In this document: positions 35,699-45,702 of the stretch, piece after piece | How positions within the stretch are numbered: the first letter of the stretch is position 1 | How the letters are laid out: every line of letters starts with the position of its first letter | IMG/VR virus record: IMGVR_UViG_3300043427_003220 | Coordinates: 64,001 to 128,000 of that record | Length of the DNA stretch: 64,000 bases | Source: a virus | Lineage: Duplodnaviria > Caudoviricetes | Reading direction: 5' to 3' (one strand) | Translations under genes and position numbers: made by a program | Notes under the pieces: generated by a model | Seen by the model: only the letters and a program-made list of their open reading frames with translations | What the model was told of the DNA's origin: nothing | Databases searched by the model: none

Positions 35699-38600
35699 GT
35701 GCTCAAATCATTCAAACAATTAACAAATGAATACGAAAGACTTAAAAAGTCAGAAGAATTCAAAGACTTAACTTCTGACGACTTACTAAATAAAGATATT
35801 ATTCAAAGAATTCAGAAAAAGAGAGTCAATTCTAGCCCAAGCGAAAAAGAACAATTAGACTCTTATATTAAAAACGCTATGCAAAAAGCTCTTCTTAATA
35901 CCTACCATGACCCTAAGTACCCAGAAAAGCTAGACATGGCATGGAGTAAATCTTCACTTGCTGACAATGCTCAGAGGGAGCTTGAAACATCTCCCCGCAA
36001 CTGGCTGACAAAAACGTCAAGTGGCGAATACGATGTTGACACAAATAAACTTAAAGAGTCTCCTCTTTCTTTCTCTGCACTAAAACATATCAAAGACATG
36101 AGTCCTGAAAATGCCAAGAAGATTATGGAAAAACTTAAAGACTCTCCAGAGCTATCTGAGTCGCCGGCCAGAACAGCTAAAGCTGGTGCTATTAGCGAAA
36201 TTGCTAAGTTTGCACCACTAGAGGCGCTATTCGACAAAGACTACACGCCATGGGGTGCTTATGCAGCTATTAAAGAAAAAACAAAAGACTTTACAGAACA
36301 TCCAATATCATTAGACAAACTAAAAGAACTTCACGGTAAGCGTTATTATGGCGACGATACGTCTTATGTTGGTAAAGTGCTGAGTAATTATGTTCTTTCT
36401 CATCCAGACACTCCTAAAGAAGACCTTTTAAGCCATATTCAAAATAACTTTTCTCCATCTTCAGACGTATTAACTCACAAATCTCTAAGCCCCGAAGATA
36501 TTAAGCACGCTGTACGTTTAAGGCTTGCAAACCAAAAAGGCGTTCTTGATAACTTAGAAGGTTTGAATACAAAAGAAAAAGTCGATAAAGGACTAGCAGT
36601 TCTTGAAGGGCTGCATGAATATGCAAAGACTAACCCCGGTATTCATCAAGATATGATTGACTACGGTCTTCACAAATTAGCTTTGAACAATGTTTCAGAA
36701 GAAGTAACAGAGCATGCTTTAAATAAGCTATTGGAAAGATATAATAATAAAAACTATTTATCTAACGACCCTAAAGCTGCTGCCGCCATTAGGGGCAGCT
36801 TGGCCCACAGTATTAATAGTGTAATTCATCCAGACAGCCCTGCTTCGCAAAAAGTTTTGATTGAAATTGCCAAGGGAACTCATTCAATTAAAGACAAAAC
36901 AGGAAAAATCAAAGAAAACGATTTGTTAGATAACATCTTAAATACACGTCGTTTTAGGACAGACGGAAGTCAAAATTTTGTAAACGAAGTAAGACGACAT
37001 GTTATTGAGTCTGGTCACGCGCCATCTATTCAAAGTATTTACAAGCAATGGGGTTCGGCTTGGGGAGTTGAAAGCCAAAAAGCAGAACTAGAACATTTAA
37101 CAAATAAGTTTGACGACAAGACACTCGCCAAAATTGTTCCTCATATGGATGCTGCTTTTTTAAGAAAACATGTATTTTCTAATCAAGAACTTTCTCAAAA
37201 GATTCTCCCACATCTTTCTTCGGCAGCAAAAGCCAAACTTGAAAAAGACGGCGCTCTTGGTGGTATTTCTAAAGAAGACTCTCCTTTGAGTTTTTCTAGT
37301 AATACAGAGATGTTAAGAAAACTAAGAGACGTTGCCGAAGCAAATGGCGGCTCTATTAGTGCAAAACAATTAGGGCAGCATGGATTAAATGAAAATTCTT
37401 TAAAAATTACACACTTAAAAGACGCAAAAGGAAACTATACAAAAGAAGCTATCCAAAAGCACATCGACTCAATGCCCAAGCATAATTACGACTACTCTCA
37501 TACGAGTTGGAAGGGCGCTCAAGTACACTCAAACGAAAAACAGTATGTGTTTCAGCTTAACCACAATGAAGACCTCCTTAATGAAATGAAGAATGCCGGT
37601 GTCTATGACACTTTTGCAAAGACACATGAGCTTTCTTTTAATAGTGACCATCCAGTCAAAGACAATACGTTAGGATGGGTTAGGTATACTAAGGGCAAAG
37701 ACGGGCACATCCACATAGACGAAATTCAAAGTGACTTGGGACGCAGTCTGCATGGGTCTATAAAAGAATACTTAGAAAAACAACCAGAATCTCCTAAAAA
37801 GAAAAAACTAGAAGAGCTGTTTTCAAAAGAAAAAATAGACAAAATGAACGACATTTTGTTTAAAGGACAGCACCCATCAAAGATAATTCATGAAGGGTTT
37901 CTGCAGTTTTTAAGAAACAACGGTAATGTTGGTAAAGATATACATATCTGGCAGGCAATGCCCAAGGCCAAGTTGGCAGGGCAAGATACTGTGGGCAATT
38001 TTAGTCTTAGAGGCTTCTCAGATAACATTGACTTTCATAAAAAAGTTGAAGCAAATAAACCGATTGAAGATTTTGATGCTGGAGAAATTGAACAGGCAGC
38101 AAGAGCTTTTATAGGGCCTGAAGAAACAATTAAGATATACGATAAACATGCGGTCTATAGTCCGGGTACAGCAACACAAGGGCCTGAAGAGATTGGTTTT
38201 AATTTAGAAAACTTCAAGAATGACGTTGTCAATCATCCTCTATACAAACTTGCAATAAGCCACATCAAAGCACATGCCACTAATGACGATTTGGCTTCAG
38301 CCAGAGAACCATTAGAGGAAAATGCAAGTTTTGACGATAAGGTTTCTTATCCCTACACCATCAACGAACTTCCTGTACACATGAAGATTGGCTATCAAGA
38401 GCTACCGCCTAAGCTAGACTATACTCCAGACAGCTATGGCAAAATACAGACACAAAAAACCAAGGATTTAAAAGACCAACCAACGTGGAAGACCAACTTA
38501 AGAAAGTCTCTCAAGGCACTCACTGCTGAATACGAGAGACTTAAAAAGGCTACGGACCCGTATGCTTATATAAATAATTTTGGATATTCTGACGAGTCCG

Positions 38601-39667
38601 ACGACCTATACAATGACATAAGCGATGCTATTGACCATCACAATTTAGTTTCAAATAGACGTGGCGAAATGTATGGAGAAATTTCAGAAGATTACGATAC
38701 TAGCATTAAAAAACCCAGCGAACTTTTACCCGCCCATGCGTTGCAGCAAGAGGTCGGGTGGCTGTTAAAACATCCCAAAGAAGAATGGGCGGCCAAAATG
38801 GCTGAAGCGTTTAAACAAACTGGACGAGATTTTTCTCATATCATAGATAAAAAGTCTAAAAAAGAACTATCTCCGCCTATTACAATTAATGGCGAGCTGG
38901 TTGACGGGTTTGGTAGAGTACATTTAGCGCATGCTTTAGGGGAAAACGTTCCGGTTTTTAATTACAAAAGAAAAAGACTACGAAAGTCTTTTGGCTCGCT
39001 CACTGCTGAATACGAGAGACTTACAAAAGCCGACGCTCCGGTAGTCAAACTTAATCCAGAGCACGGCAGAATGATCGCCGACGCTTACCACAACATGAAG
39101 CACGACCCAAGTCACCCAGAAGTTAAGGCTTCTTACGATGCTCTTATAAATGAGACTAAGCAGCAGTATAAAGATTTGTTGGCGTCTGGACTAAAAATTT
39201 CTAAGATACAGCCTAATATGGATAATCCATATCCGACTTCTAAACACCTACATGCAGACATGACAAACAATAATCACATGTGGTACTATCCAACATCGTT
39301 GGGGTTTGGTTCAGAGGATTCTATTCCTCACGATCACCCAATGTTGCGGGAAACAGAATTTAAAGACCCAGAAGGTAAGCCAATGCTAGCTAACGACGTT
39401 TTCCGGGTAGTACATGACAGCGTCCATAATAAATTAAAAAATGGATTTGGGCCGAAGGGCGAACACGAATCATTCTTGGAACACAAAAAGACCTACAGCC
39501 CCTTGGCTCAAAAAGCATTGGCTACAGAGACGATGGGTCAAAATAATTATGTTAATTTTTCAAGTCAAATTGGCCACTTAAACAGAGCTAAACCGGGTTC
39601 GGCTTATGCGCCGCAAAAGGCAGGATTGATGCCAGACGAAATCATCAATAAGGATTGGCATTCATGA
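35699..39667 (+). CDS. Polyvalent multidomain protein 1 (helical region, GWVR..DEIQSD domain, ParB/Srx-like domain, NDVFRVVHD..ETMGQN domain)
   Basis: GGAGGT at 35685 + in-frame GTG 35699; PPITI..LVDGFGR ParB-like motif; three LxKS..LTxEYERLxK[SA] linkers. Confidence 0.75.
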   Translation: MLKSFKQLTNEYERLKKSEEFKDLTSDDLLNKDIIQRIQKKRVNSSPSEKEQLDSYIKNAMQKALLNTYHDPKYPEKLDMAWSKSSLADNAQRELETSPRNWLTKTSSGEYDVDTNKLKESPLSFSALKHIKDMSPENAKKIMEKLKDSPELSESPARTAKAGAISEIAKFAPLEALFDKDYTPWGAYAAIKEKTKDFTEHPISLDKLKELHGKRYYGDDTSYVGKVLSNYVLSHPDTPKEDLLSHIQNNFSPSSDVLTHKSLSPEDIKHAVRLRLANQKGVLDNLEGLNTKEKVDKGLAVLEGLHEYAKTNPGIHQDMIDYGLHKLALNNVSEEVTEHALNKLLERYNNKNYLSNDPKAAAAIRGSLAHSINSVIHPDSPASQKVLIEIAKGTHSIKDKTGKIKENDLLDNILNTRRFRTDGSQNFVNEVRRHVIESGHAPSIQSIYKQWGSAWGVESQKAELEHLTNKFDDKTLAKIVPHMDAAFLRKHVFSNQELSQKILPHLSSAAKAKLEKDGALGGISKEDSPLSFSSNTEMLRKLRDVAEANGGSISAKQLGQHGLNENSLKITHLKDAKGNYTKEAIQKHIDSMPKHNYDYSHTSWKGAQVHSNEKQYVFQLNHNEDLLNEMKNAGVYDTFAKTHELSFNSDHPVKDNTLGWVRYTKGKDGHIHIDEIQSDLGRSLHGSIKEYLEKQPESPKKKKLEELFSKEKIDKMNDILFKGQHPSKIIHEGFLQFLRNNGNVGKDIHIWQAMPKAKLAGQDTVGNFSLRGFSDNIDFHKKVEANKPIEDFDAGEIEQAARAFIGPEETIKIYDKHAVYSPGTATQGPEEIGFNLENFKNDVVNHPLYKLAISHIKAHATNDDLASAREPLEENASFDDKVSYPYTINELPVHMKIGYQELPPKLDYTPDSYGKIQTQKTKDLKDQPTWKTNLRKSLKALTAEYERLKKATDPYAYINNFGYSDESDDLYNDISDAIDHHNLVSNRRGEMYGEISEDYDTSIKKPSELLPAHALQQEVGWLLKHPKEEWAAKMAEAFKQTGRDFSHIIDKKSKKELSPPITINGELVDGFGRVHLAHALGENVPVFNYKRKRLRKSFGSLTAEYERLTKADAPVVKLNPEHGRMIADAYHNMKHDPSHPEVKASYDALINETKQQYKDLLASGLKISKIQPNMDNPYPTSKHLHADMTNNNHMWYYPTSLGFGSEDSIPHDHPMLRETEFKDPEGKPMLANDVFRVVHDSVHNKLKNGFGPKGEHESFLEHKKTYSPLAQKALATETMGQNNYVNFSSQIGHLNRAKPGSAYAPQKAGLMPDEIINKDWHS
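38519..39023 (+). repeat. Perfect 25-bp direct repeat CTCACTGCTGAATACGAGAGACTTA (38519-38543, 38999-39023)
   Basis: Copies exactly 480 bp apart, in frame, bracketing the ParB-like domain. Confidence 0.92.
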
Positions 39668-42090
39668 ATTTAAGACACTTTCATCGTAGCAACACCGAAG
39701 AATACCAACGTGAGCTGCAAGAGTTGTTTAATCATAAACTAGCATTGGCAAGGTCTTTAAAAGCACTGACCGCTGAGCACGAAGAACTACAAAAAGTCAT
39801 CTTTAGAAACGGCACGCACTACCCTGAATCAACTGACCGTGTAGGCACTCCTCATCCAGAGTTGCGTCATCTTATCGTACATCAAGCAAGAAACGGTAAG
39901 CATGTTTGGTCGTACCATCCAGAACTCAGTAGAATTCACGACAGAAACTTGATACAACTTATGGGCGGTCAAAAGATTGCCGGCAGAAACAATGTGCAAC
40001 TCCCAAATAGACTAGCGTCTTTACAAAAACCGACGGTTTCAGCAGTTAGAAGTTTTGCTAATGATTTGATAAACAATCCAGACAGACACGTCATGTCTGC
40101 CAACACAGACCCAACCAAGCCAAAAGATCATTCAGAAATGCGCGTAAGGCATCTTATTAGTGCATTGACTGGCTCTGATGGATATGAGATAAAAGACCAC
40201 CCAGAAGGGTTTGAAGTTTATGCGCCTCGTCACTCCAAGTCTCAAAAGGCAGACGACATTGCAACTCGTTGGATTTACAACGCTGCTAAAAAAGACTTAA
40301 GGTCTGAAAGAATTTATCCGAAAAGTCCAAATGGAGGCAGTTATGGAACAAAATTTGGAAAATCAATTAGACCCAGACCTTCCAGCAATCTTGGAAGAAG
40401 ACAAACTGATGCAAGAAAGTCTGCAGCTCAAAGACCCCGGTCTTCTAAAGACATTGTGGGTAAGACTGAAGTTGCTTCTAAGCTTTTGAAAGCCGAAGAC
40501 GAAGCGGGCATGACCGCATATCCATTAAAAGATGGATATTCGCTGCACCACGAAACTTCATCTAATGGCTATGACATCTGGAGTATTGGCCATAATGGCC
40601 AAAGAGCAGGTTCATTTATGATTTGTACAGATGAGGGACGCAGGGGCCGCCCGTTTGTCAGTTGGGCAGGAGTAGACAAGCCTCACCGTGGCAAAGGGAT
40701 TGGAGCTGCAGTTTATAAGACTTTGGCTGTACACTATGGTGGTTTAGACAGCGACAGAAACTCAACGTCCGTTGACGCTATCAAGGCGTGGCGTCGTGCT
40801 GGCGGTAGGCAGCTCAAAATTAAAACGGCTTTTGGTGAACCTAGATACACTTTGGAAGGAGACAAGAAAAGACCCCCTATTGTGTGGAATGAAGATTTAG
40901 ACAAAGCACAGGAATTAAATAAAAAATCGCCAAAGCCTTTAAAGGGGCTTCATGCTGAGGCGGCAAAGTACAATAATTTTAATGATTTTAAAAAAGCATT
41001 TTTAAACGAAATAAAACATGGAACATACTGGCATGTAACTGATAACCCTAATTTTCAAATAGACCCAAAAACTGGGCCACGAGATATGACTTCCCTTGGG
41101 ATGGGCAAAAAAGATACTGGCGCGTTAATGATGACCTCGCATCTTGAACATTGGGTTGATTTTTATGGCAAAAAAAATCGACCTTATGCTGCTCTTATAG
41201 ATATGTCCGATGTACACCCAGATGACTACAAACAGGTAAATCGGGGTTTTGGTAATGAATTTTATGTAAAAAATTCGCAAAAAGCTAAAACTATAAAAGT
41301 AATGCCGGTTGATGAAGCCATTAAATACAATCAAAAACAACGCAAAAAAATGCCTCAAAATGAAGAAGAGCTAAGAAATCTTTATGAAAGTGTTCATAAA
41401 CAAAACTCATCTAAGTCTCAAAATTTAGAGAAAACTCGCGGAACTTTGACATTTCCTAAAGTTCTTCCTAAAGATACTCGTCCAGAAGAAAACGTAAAGC
41501 AAATCCCTAAAGACGAAAAGGCTCACCCGATGCACGGCGGGCTATATGAAGTCAAACCTGCTCAAGAGCAGTTCTTACACACAATGGTTCAGGGCATCCC
41601 TGCTGAAGAACAGTACCGAGCCATCACAAGCATTAAAAACCAAATACAGCAAGGAACCATGGGCATCTACCATCCCAAGCAAGAGAAGGCGTTTGCTTTG
41701 GATTCAGATTATTATGTAAAGGCTCATGAAGCCATTCATGCAATGGTTGATAAGGTGGCAAAGCGCCTCAAGGCTCCCTCAACGGATGAAGTTTATCATC
41801 GGATGAACACCCTTATCCACCAAGACGATGTGCCTGTCTTAAAGCACATGCTCATGACCTTTGGTTACCCTGTAAGCAGCCATCATAGGGAACTCATTCC
41901 GTTCATTCACTCAATTTTGCATGACAGAGAAATGAGAAATCATTATATTGAACACCTAAAGCTTTATCGCAATAATTTCGATATAGAGAAGCGTAGAAAA
42001 GACATTCAGCGTTTAGGCAGAACTTGGAATGCTATTCTACAGACAGGCAAGAGAGTGTCTCAGCTATCAGATTTACCTAAAGAGGTGTGA
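39664..42090 (+). CDS. Polyvalent multidomain protein 2 (unknown domain, GNAT, ART-like, HExxH zincin)
   Basis: ATGA overlap; VDKPHRGKGIG GNAT motif A; YWHVT..F..ALMMTS ART-like; HEAIH. Confidence 0.75.
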   Translation: MNLRHFHRSNTEEYQRELQELFNHKLALARSLKALTAEHEELQKVIFRNGTHYPESTDRVGTPHPELRHLIVHQARNGKHVWSYHPELSRIHDRNLIQLMGGQKIAGRNNVQLPNRLASLQKPTVSAVRSFANDLINNPDRHVMSANTDPTKPKDHSEMRVRHLISALTGSDGYEIKDHPEGFEVYAPRHSKSQKADDIATRWIYNAAKKDLRSERIYPKSPNGGSYGTKFGKSIRPRPSSNLGRRQTDARKSAAQRPRSSKDIVGKTEVASKLLKAEDEAGMTAYPLKDGYSLHHETSSNGYDIWSIGHNGQRAGSFMICTDEGRRGRPFVSWAGVDKPHRGKGIGAAVYKTLAVHYGGLDSDRNSTSVDAIKAWRRAGGRQLKIKTAFGEPRYTLEGDKKRPPIVWNEDLDKAQELNKKSPKPLKGLHAEAAKYNNFNDFKKAFLNEIKHGTYWHVTDNPNFQIDPKTGPRDMTSLGMGKKDTGALMMTSHLEHWVDFYGKKNRPYAALIDMSDVHPDDYKQVNRGFGNEFYVKNSQKAKTIKVMPVDEAIKYNQKQRKKMPQNEEELRNLYESVHKQNSSKSQNLEKTRGTLTFPKVLPKDTRPEENVKQIPKDEKAHPMHGGLYEVKPAQEQFLHTMVQGIPAEEQYRAITSIKNQIQQGTMGIYHPKQEKAFALDSDYYVKAHEAIHAMVDKVAKRLKAPSTDEVYHRMNTLIHQDDVPVLKHMLMTFGYPVSSHHRELIPFIHSILHDREMRNHYIEHLKLYRNNFDIEKRRKDIQRLGRTWNAILQTGKRVSQLSDLPKEV

Positions 42091-42494
42091 TTGTGAAGAG
42101 TTTTTTAAGATGTCTAACATATAAAAATGATTATAGTTTTTGTATAGAAGACGGCGTCTTAAAAGACTCTTTTCTTAATATTAAGATAAACCCCAATCCT
42201 TCTATGCTCTTTGCCGAGATGCTTACTGAGTGTTTGTGGAATGTCTGTAGGGTTGATTTTGACTTTATGATAACTTCTTTGACTCCTCCTACAAATGAAA
42301 ATATAGTTAATGATTTTAATAACATAACAAAAACTTGTTATTTAAGACACACAGTAGGCGACCAAGAAACCTACTATCACCTTAAAGACAACTCTCTCTA
42401 TTTGTTTGATAAGCCAAACGAGCCAGTTAAAATAACAGAGCTATTACTGATTGACGGCGATTGGACGATTGTTAAAGAGCAGGACTGCAGATGA
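42087..42494 (+). CDS. Hypothetical protein
   Basis: Overlaps both neighbours. Confidence 0.6.
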   Translation: MIVKSFLRCLTYKNDYSFCIEDGVLKDSFLNIKINPNPSMLFAEMLTECLWNVCRVDFDFMITSLTPPTNENIVNDFNNITKTCYLRHTVGDQETYYHLKDNSLYLFDKPNEPVKITELLLIDGDWTIVKEQDCR

Positions 42495-44104
42495 AAAAAC
42501 TTCTTGAAATTATTGACGAAGTTGCAAAAGAGCATGGGCTTGAATGGTACAAGCCACATAGCGCCGAACCTATCAAAAAATCCTCCGACCCTCTTGCCCC
42601 TCTTATTCAGCAAGCCAAAGCAAATCTTGCTGCAGTTCATAAAGTCGCTTCTCAAGAGCCACGCCCAATGTTGTTTGGCGGTAAGAACGGCTCTGGCCGT
42701 CATGGTTTTGTGTCTTTAGACCCATCCAAACCCAACCAATGGCGTGTCACTCACTTTGTTAAGGGCAAGCCTTCAGGGCACACAGAGGCAGATAGCTTTA
42801 GCGATGCAATTGAAAAGGCTCACAGCTATGGCTACAATGTATCCAAAGAATTATCTGAAGAAGATATGAGTAAGACTGAAGACTTAGAAAAAAACACAAA
42901 TAAAATATCGCCAAGCTTTGCACACATTAAAAATATTGATAATTTTGATGACTTTACTCAATCCGTAAAAAAATTGCCAGAAACAACCAAAAAAGAAATA
43001 ATAAATTATCAAGAAGAGTATAATAAAAATCCCCCACTTTCTTCAAATGAAGAACTTTACTATCACGGAACTCCTTTTTTTAATGAAATTAAAGAAGGTG
43101 GATTTAAGAATACAGAAGGAGGTAGGGCCGGATTCTTAGGTTTTGTGCATAAGGTGCAAAATTTAGGAAACTATTTCAGCAATGACAAAAGATTAGCGCA
43201 CTATTATGGCTCTGACCGAGCGTCTCATCATACTAACAATTCTAATAATTATGAAGTATTATCGGTCAAAGTAAATAAAGGAAACTGCTTAGACCTGACA
43301 GAACCAAAAGTTAAGATACCAACAGCGATAAAAAAATTAGGTCTTAAAAAACTACAGCAATATGATGGGCTGTTACGCTCTCATTTTATTAGAGGTAAAG
43401 ACATGGTTGTTTTACTAGATGACCCTGATTTTGTTAAAAGTTTAACCAATCATGGATACGATAGCGTCAAATTTAAAGAAGACAAAGGTATTTTAAAAAA
43501 TGCTAATAGTTCTGGACATACTTTATTCGTAATGAACCCTAATAAATTGAAAGTTCATAAACCTATCCGTACCTTAAGAGACATGTTTAATCATTTTAAA
43601 GAGTTGTTTGAAGAAGATATGGAACAGGACAAAATGAAAAAATCCGAAGACTTCTCTCGTGTATCTTCTGTTGTTGTTGCTACCGACGACAAGATGTTGA
43701 TGCTCCAGCGCCGCGACAATAACAAGTGGACATTCCCCGGTGGTCATTTAAATGACACAGAAACTCACCTTGAGGGAGCTGTTAGAGAGCTATGGGAAGA
43801 GGCTGGCATCAGAGCTAACCCAGATGAAATGATTCTTCTTGGAAACAAGAAGACTTTTCAAAATAAAGACATTCACGTTTATCTTTATAAAGTAAACTCA
43901 GAAGTCAAACCATCAGCCGCCAATGACCCAGACAAAGAAGCCCAGAAGTTTGCATGGTTGCCGCATGTACTGCCAGAAGATATTAAAGAAAACCTCTATA
44001 TCCCCGTTGGAGACAACTCTTCATTGTCGTTGTTTTCGGTATGGTTGTTGAGACAAAAGACGAATAAACTCAAAAAGTTGGTTGAGGCTAAGAAATCAGT
44101 TTAA
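42491..44104 (+). CDS. Polyvalent multidomain protein 3 (ART-like + Nudix hydrolase)
   Basis: YYHGT..F..GNYFS..A.YY..GYDSV ART-like; complete Nudix box GHLNDTETHLEGAVRELWEEAGI. Confidence 0.8.
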   Translation: MKKLLEIIDEVAKEHGLEWYKPHSAEPIKKSSDPLAPLIQQAKANLAAVHKVASQEPRPMLFGGKNGSGRHGFVSLDPSKPNQWRVTHFVKGKPSGHTEADSFSDAIEKAHSYGYNVSKELSEEDMSKTEDLEKNTNKISPSFAHIKNIDNFDDFTQSVKKLPETTKKEIINYQEEYNKNPPLSSNEELYYHGTPFFNEIKEGGFKNTEGGRAGFLGFVHKVQNLGNYFSNDKRLAHYYGSDRASHHTNNSNNYEVLSVKVNKGNCLDLTEPKVKIPTAIKKLGLKKLQQYDGLLRSHFIRGKDMVVLLDDPDFVKSLTNHGYDSVKFKEDKGILKNANSSGHTLFVMNPNKLKVHKPIRTLRDMFNHFKELFEEDMEQDKMKKSEDFSRVSSVVVATDDKMLMLQRRDNNKWTFPGGHLNDTETHLEGAVRELWEEAGIRANPDEMILLGNKKTFQNKDIHVYLYKVNSEVKPSAANDPDKEAQKFAWLPHVLPEDIKENLYIPVGDNSSLSLFSVWLLRQKTNKLKKLVEAKKSV

Positions 44105-44305
44105 GTCGTCTTTATCGTTTGGCCTATTTTCAATCGCTCTAATAAGCCTAACAGCAAAATGCTTATGAAAATCGTGGTTTGTTTGATTGGCGGGATTTTT
44201 AGCTAACGCATCTAGATAGGCAGTCAAAATATCCTTAGCGACTTTGTTGTCATCTTGGATTCTTTTGATAAGAGACTCGTCAATTTTATAAGTTGTTTGA
44301 TTCAT
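44096..44305 (-). CDS. Hypothetical protein
   Basis: ATGA-coupled to upstream gene. Confidence 0.65.
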   Translation of the reverse strand: MNQTTYKIDESLIKRIQDDNKVAKDILTAYLDALAKNPANQTNHDFHKHFAVRLIRAIENRPNDKDDLN

Positions 44306-44925
44306 TTATTTTTCTTTAGTTGATTGTCTTGAATATGATAATCGGCTGCGCGATATTTAACAATATCCTTTCCGTAGATATACCACTCTCCATTATTTTT
44401 TTGAATATTTTCAAGCAACTCTGCGTGAGTCATCCCCATTCTGTTTGCCGCTCGCTTTAGCAAATAAGTCTCTTGAACAAACCCTTCTAGGCCAGCCAAA
44501 AATGCCTCGGTGACTGGAATGGTTCCGTTTCCAAAAGAAATAGAATGGTGGTGAGTCATAAGCAATGTTCTGTCTAGATATACTCTTACAGTGCAGGCTT
44601 CGTAAATTTCAAACGCTGCGCTCATTGCTGTATCAGCAACGCAAATGGTTTTAAACCCACTCATAGTATTCATAATACTTTCGGCAGCATCAACCATTCC
44701 ACCGTTGCTGTTGATATAGATAAGCAAGGTGTCTCCGGCTTTCATTTTTTCTGTGCGGCCCTTAAGGTTGTCGTCTACATACCAGTTAATTTCGCCGCTC
44801 ATATTAAACATGGCTTGTTTATTGGTTTGCAACTCAGCCAAGACTTCTTGAGGTATCTCTGGATTGGGTTTAGATTTTCCACAAGCGGCTAAAATCATTA
44901 AAAATATCAAAAAAAGTTTTTTCAT
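44302..44925 (-). CDS. Lipoprotein with ClpP-like (S14) protease domain
   Basis: MKKLFLIFLMILAAC lipobox; INSNGGMV, AMSAA (Ser), LMTHH (His). Confidence 0.78.
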   Translation of the reverse strand: MKKLFLIFLMILAACGKSKPNPEIPQEVLAELQTNKQAMFNMSGEINWYVDDNLKGRTEKMKAGDTLLIYINSNGGMVDAAESIMNTMSGFKTICVADTAMSAAFEIYEACTVRVYLDRTLLMTHHHSISFGNGTIPVTEAFLAGLEGFVQETYLLKRAANRMGMTHAELLENIQKNNGEWYIYGKDIVKYRAADYHIQDNQLKKNK

Positions 44926-45482
44926 TTTTTGTATCTCAATGGGTAGAAGACAGAGTGAACTATTTGAATACACTGCTCTTTTGTTAGTATTTTATTATCC
45001 ATCAAAGTAAATACGGCATTTCTTGCTGCAATTGATGGGGTCCATGATAAACACATATGAACAACATTCAGCAGCGACTTTTCTTCGTCTGAAAGTAGTT
45101 CTCTATACAATTCCATGCTCTTTTCTAACTGTTCTCTTATAGACGCAATTTGACCGTCGAGTTCACGGCGTTCTTTGATATTTTGCTTTAAGACTCTTTC
45201 TATTCTTTTTGCAACCAACAAATCAACACTGAGTCTTTTTTCTACTTTTTTCAAACAAATCAACAATATACGTCTAGCTGCGTAATTGTCTAAAAAATTA
45301 CCTGACAATACAATGTCTATTTTGTCTAAAGAATCGACATTTGGCAACTTAAGAAAATCAACTATTGTGCCGCTCCATGTTGAGTCCAGTTGTTTCCAGA
45401 TTCGAGGGCCTGATTCAGAAATATAATACACATCGTATCTATTAATTTTTCTAGATGTGTCTAGTAGTTGACTCTCTTTCAT
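44922..45482 (-). CDS. Hypothetical protein
   Basis: Operon context; start uncertain (45482 or 45521). Confidence 0.65.
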   Translation of the reverse strand: MKESQLLDTSRKINRYDVYYISESGPRIWKQLDSTWSGTIVDFLKLPNVDSLDKIDIVLSGNFLDNYAARRILLICLKKVEKRLSVDLLVAKRIERVLKQNIKERRELDGQIASIREQLEKSMELYRELLSDEEKSLLNVVHMCLSWTPSIAARNAVFTLMDNKILTKEQCIQIVHSVFYPLRYKK

Positions 45483-45486
45483 AAAA

Positions 45487-45702
45487 TTACTTTTTAGCGC
45501 CCTTCTTCTTTTTAGGTTCAATCAATACGACTTTGTCTTCTAATATATCAACGGCCATCTGAGCGGGCATTGAAAGCCATACAAACCCGCCGTCTTCTGT
45601 ATAAATAGAACAGTGTTCTTTGCGGGTTAGGACTCGACAGACTTTTTCTGAATTTAGCCAGACCTCGTTTCCATCGCTGTCCACAAACTTAATTAACTTC
45701 AT
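45487..45702 (-). CDS. Small hypothetical protein (FlbD-like small beta fold, tentative)
   Basis: MKLIKF..GNEVWLN.EKV pattern. Confidence 0.6.
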   Translation of the reverse strand: MKLIKFVDSDGNEVWLNSEKVCRVLTRKEHCSIYTEDGGFVWLSMPAQMAVDILEDKVVLIEPKKKKGAKK

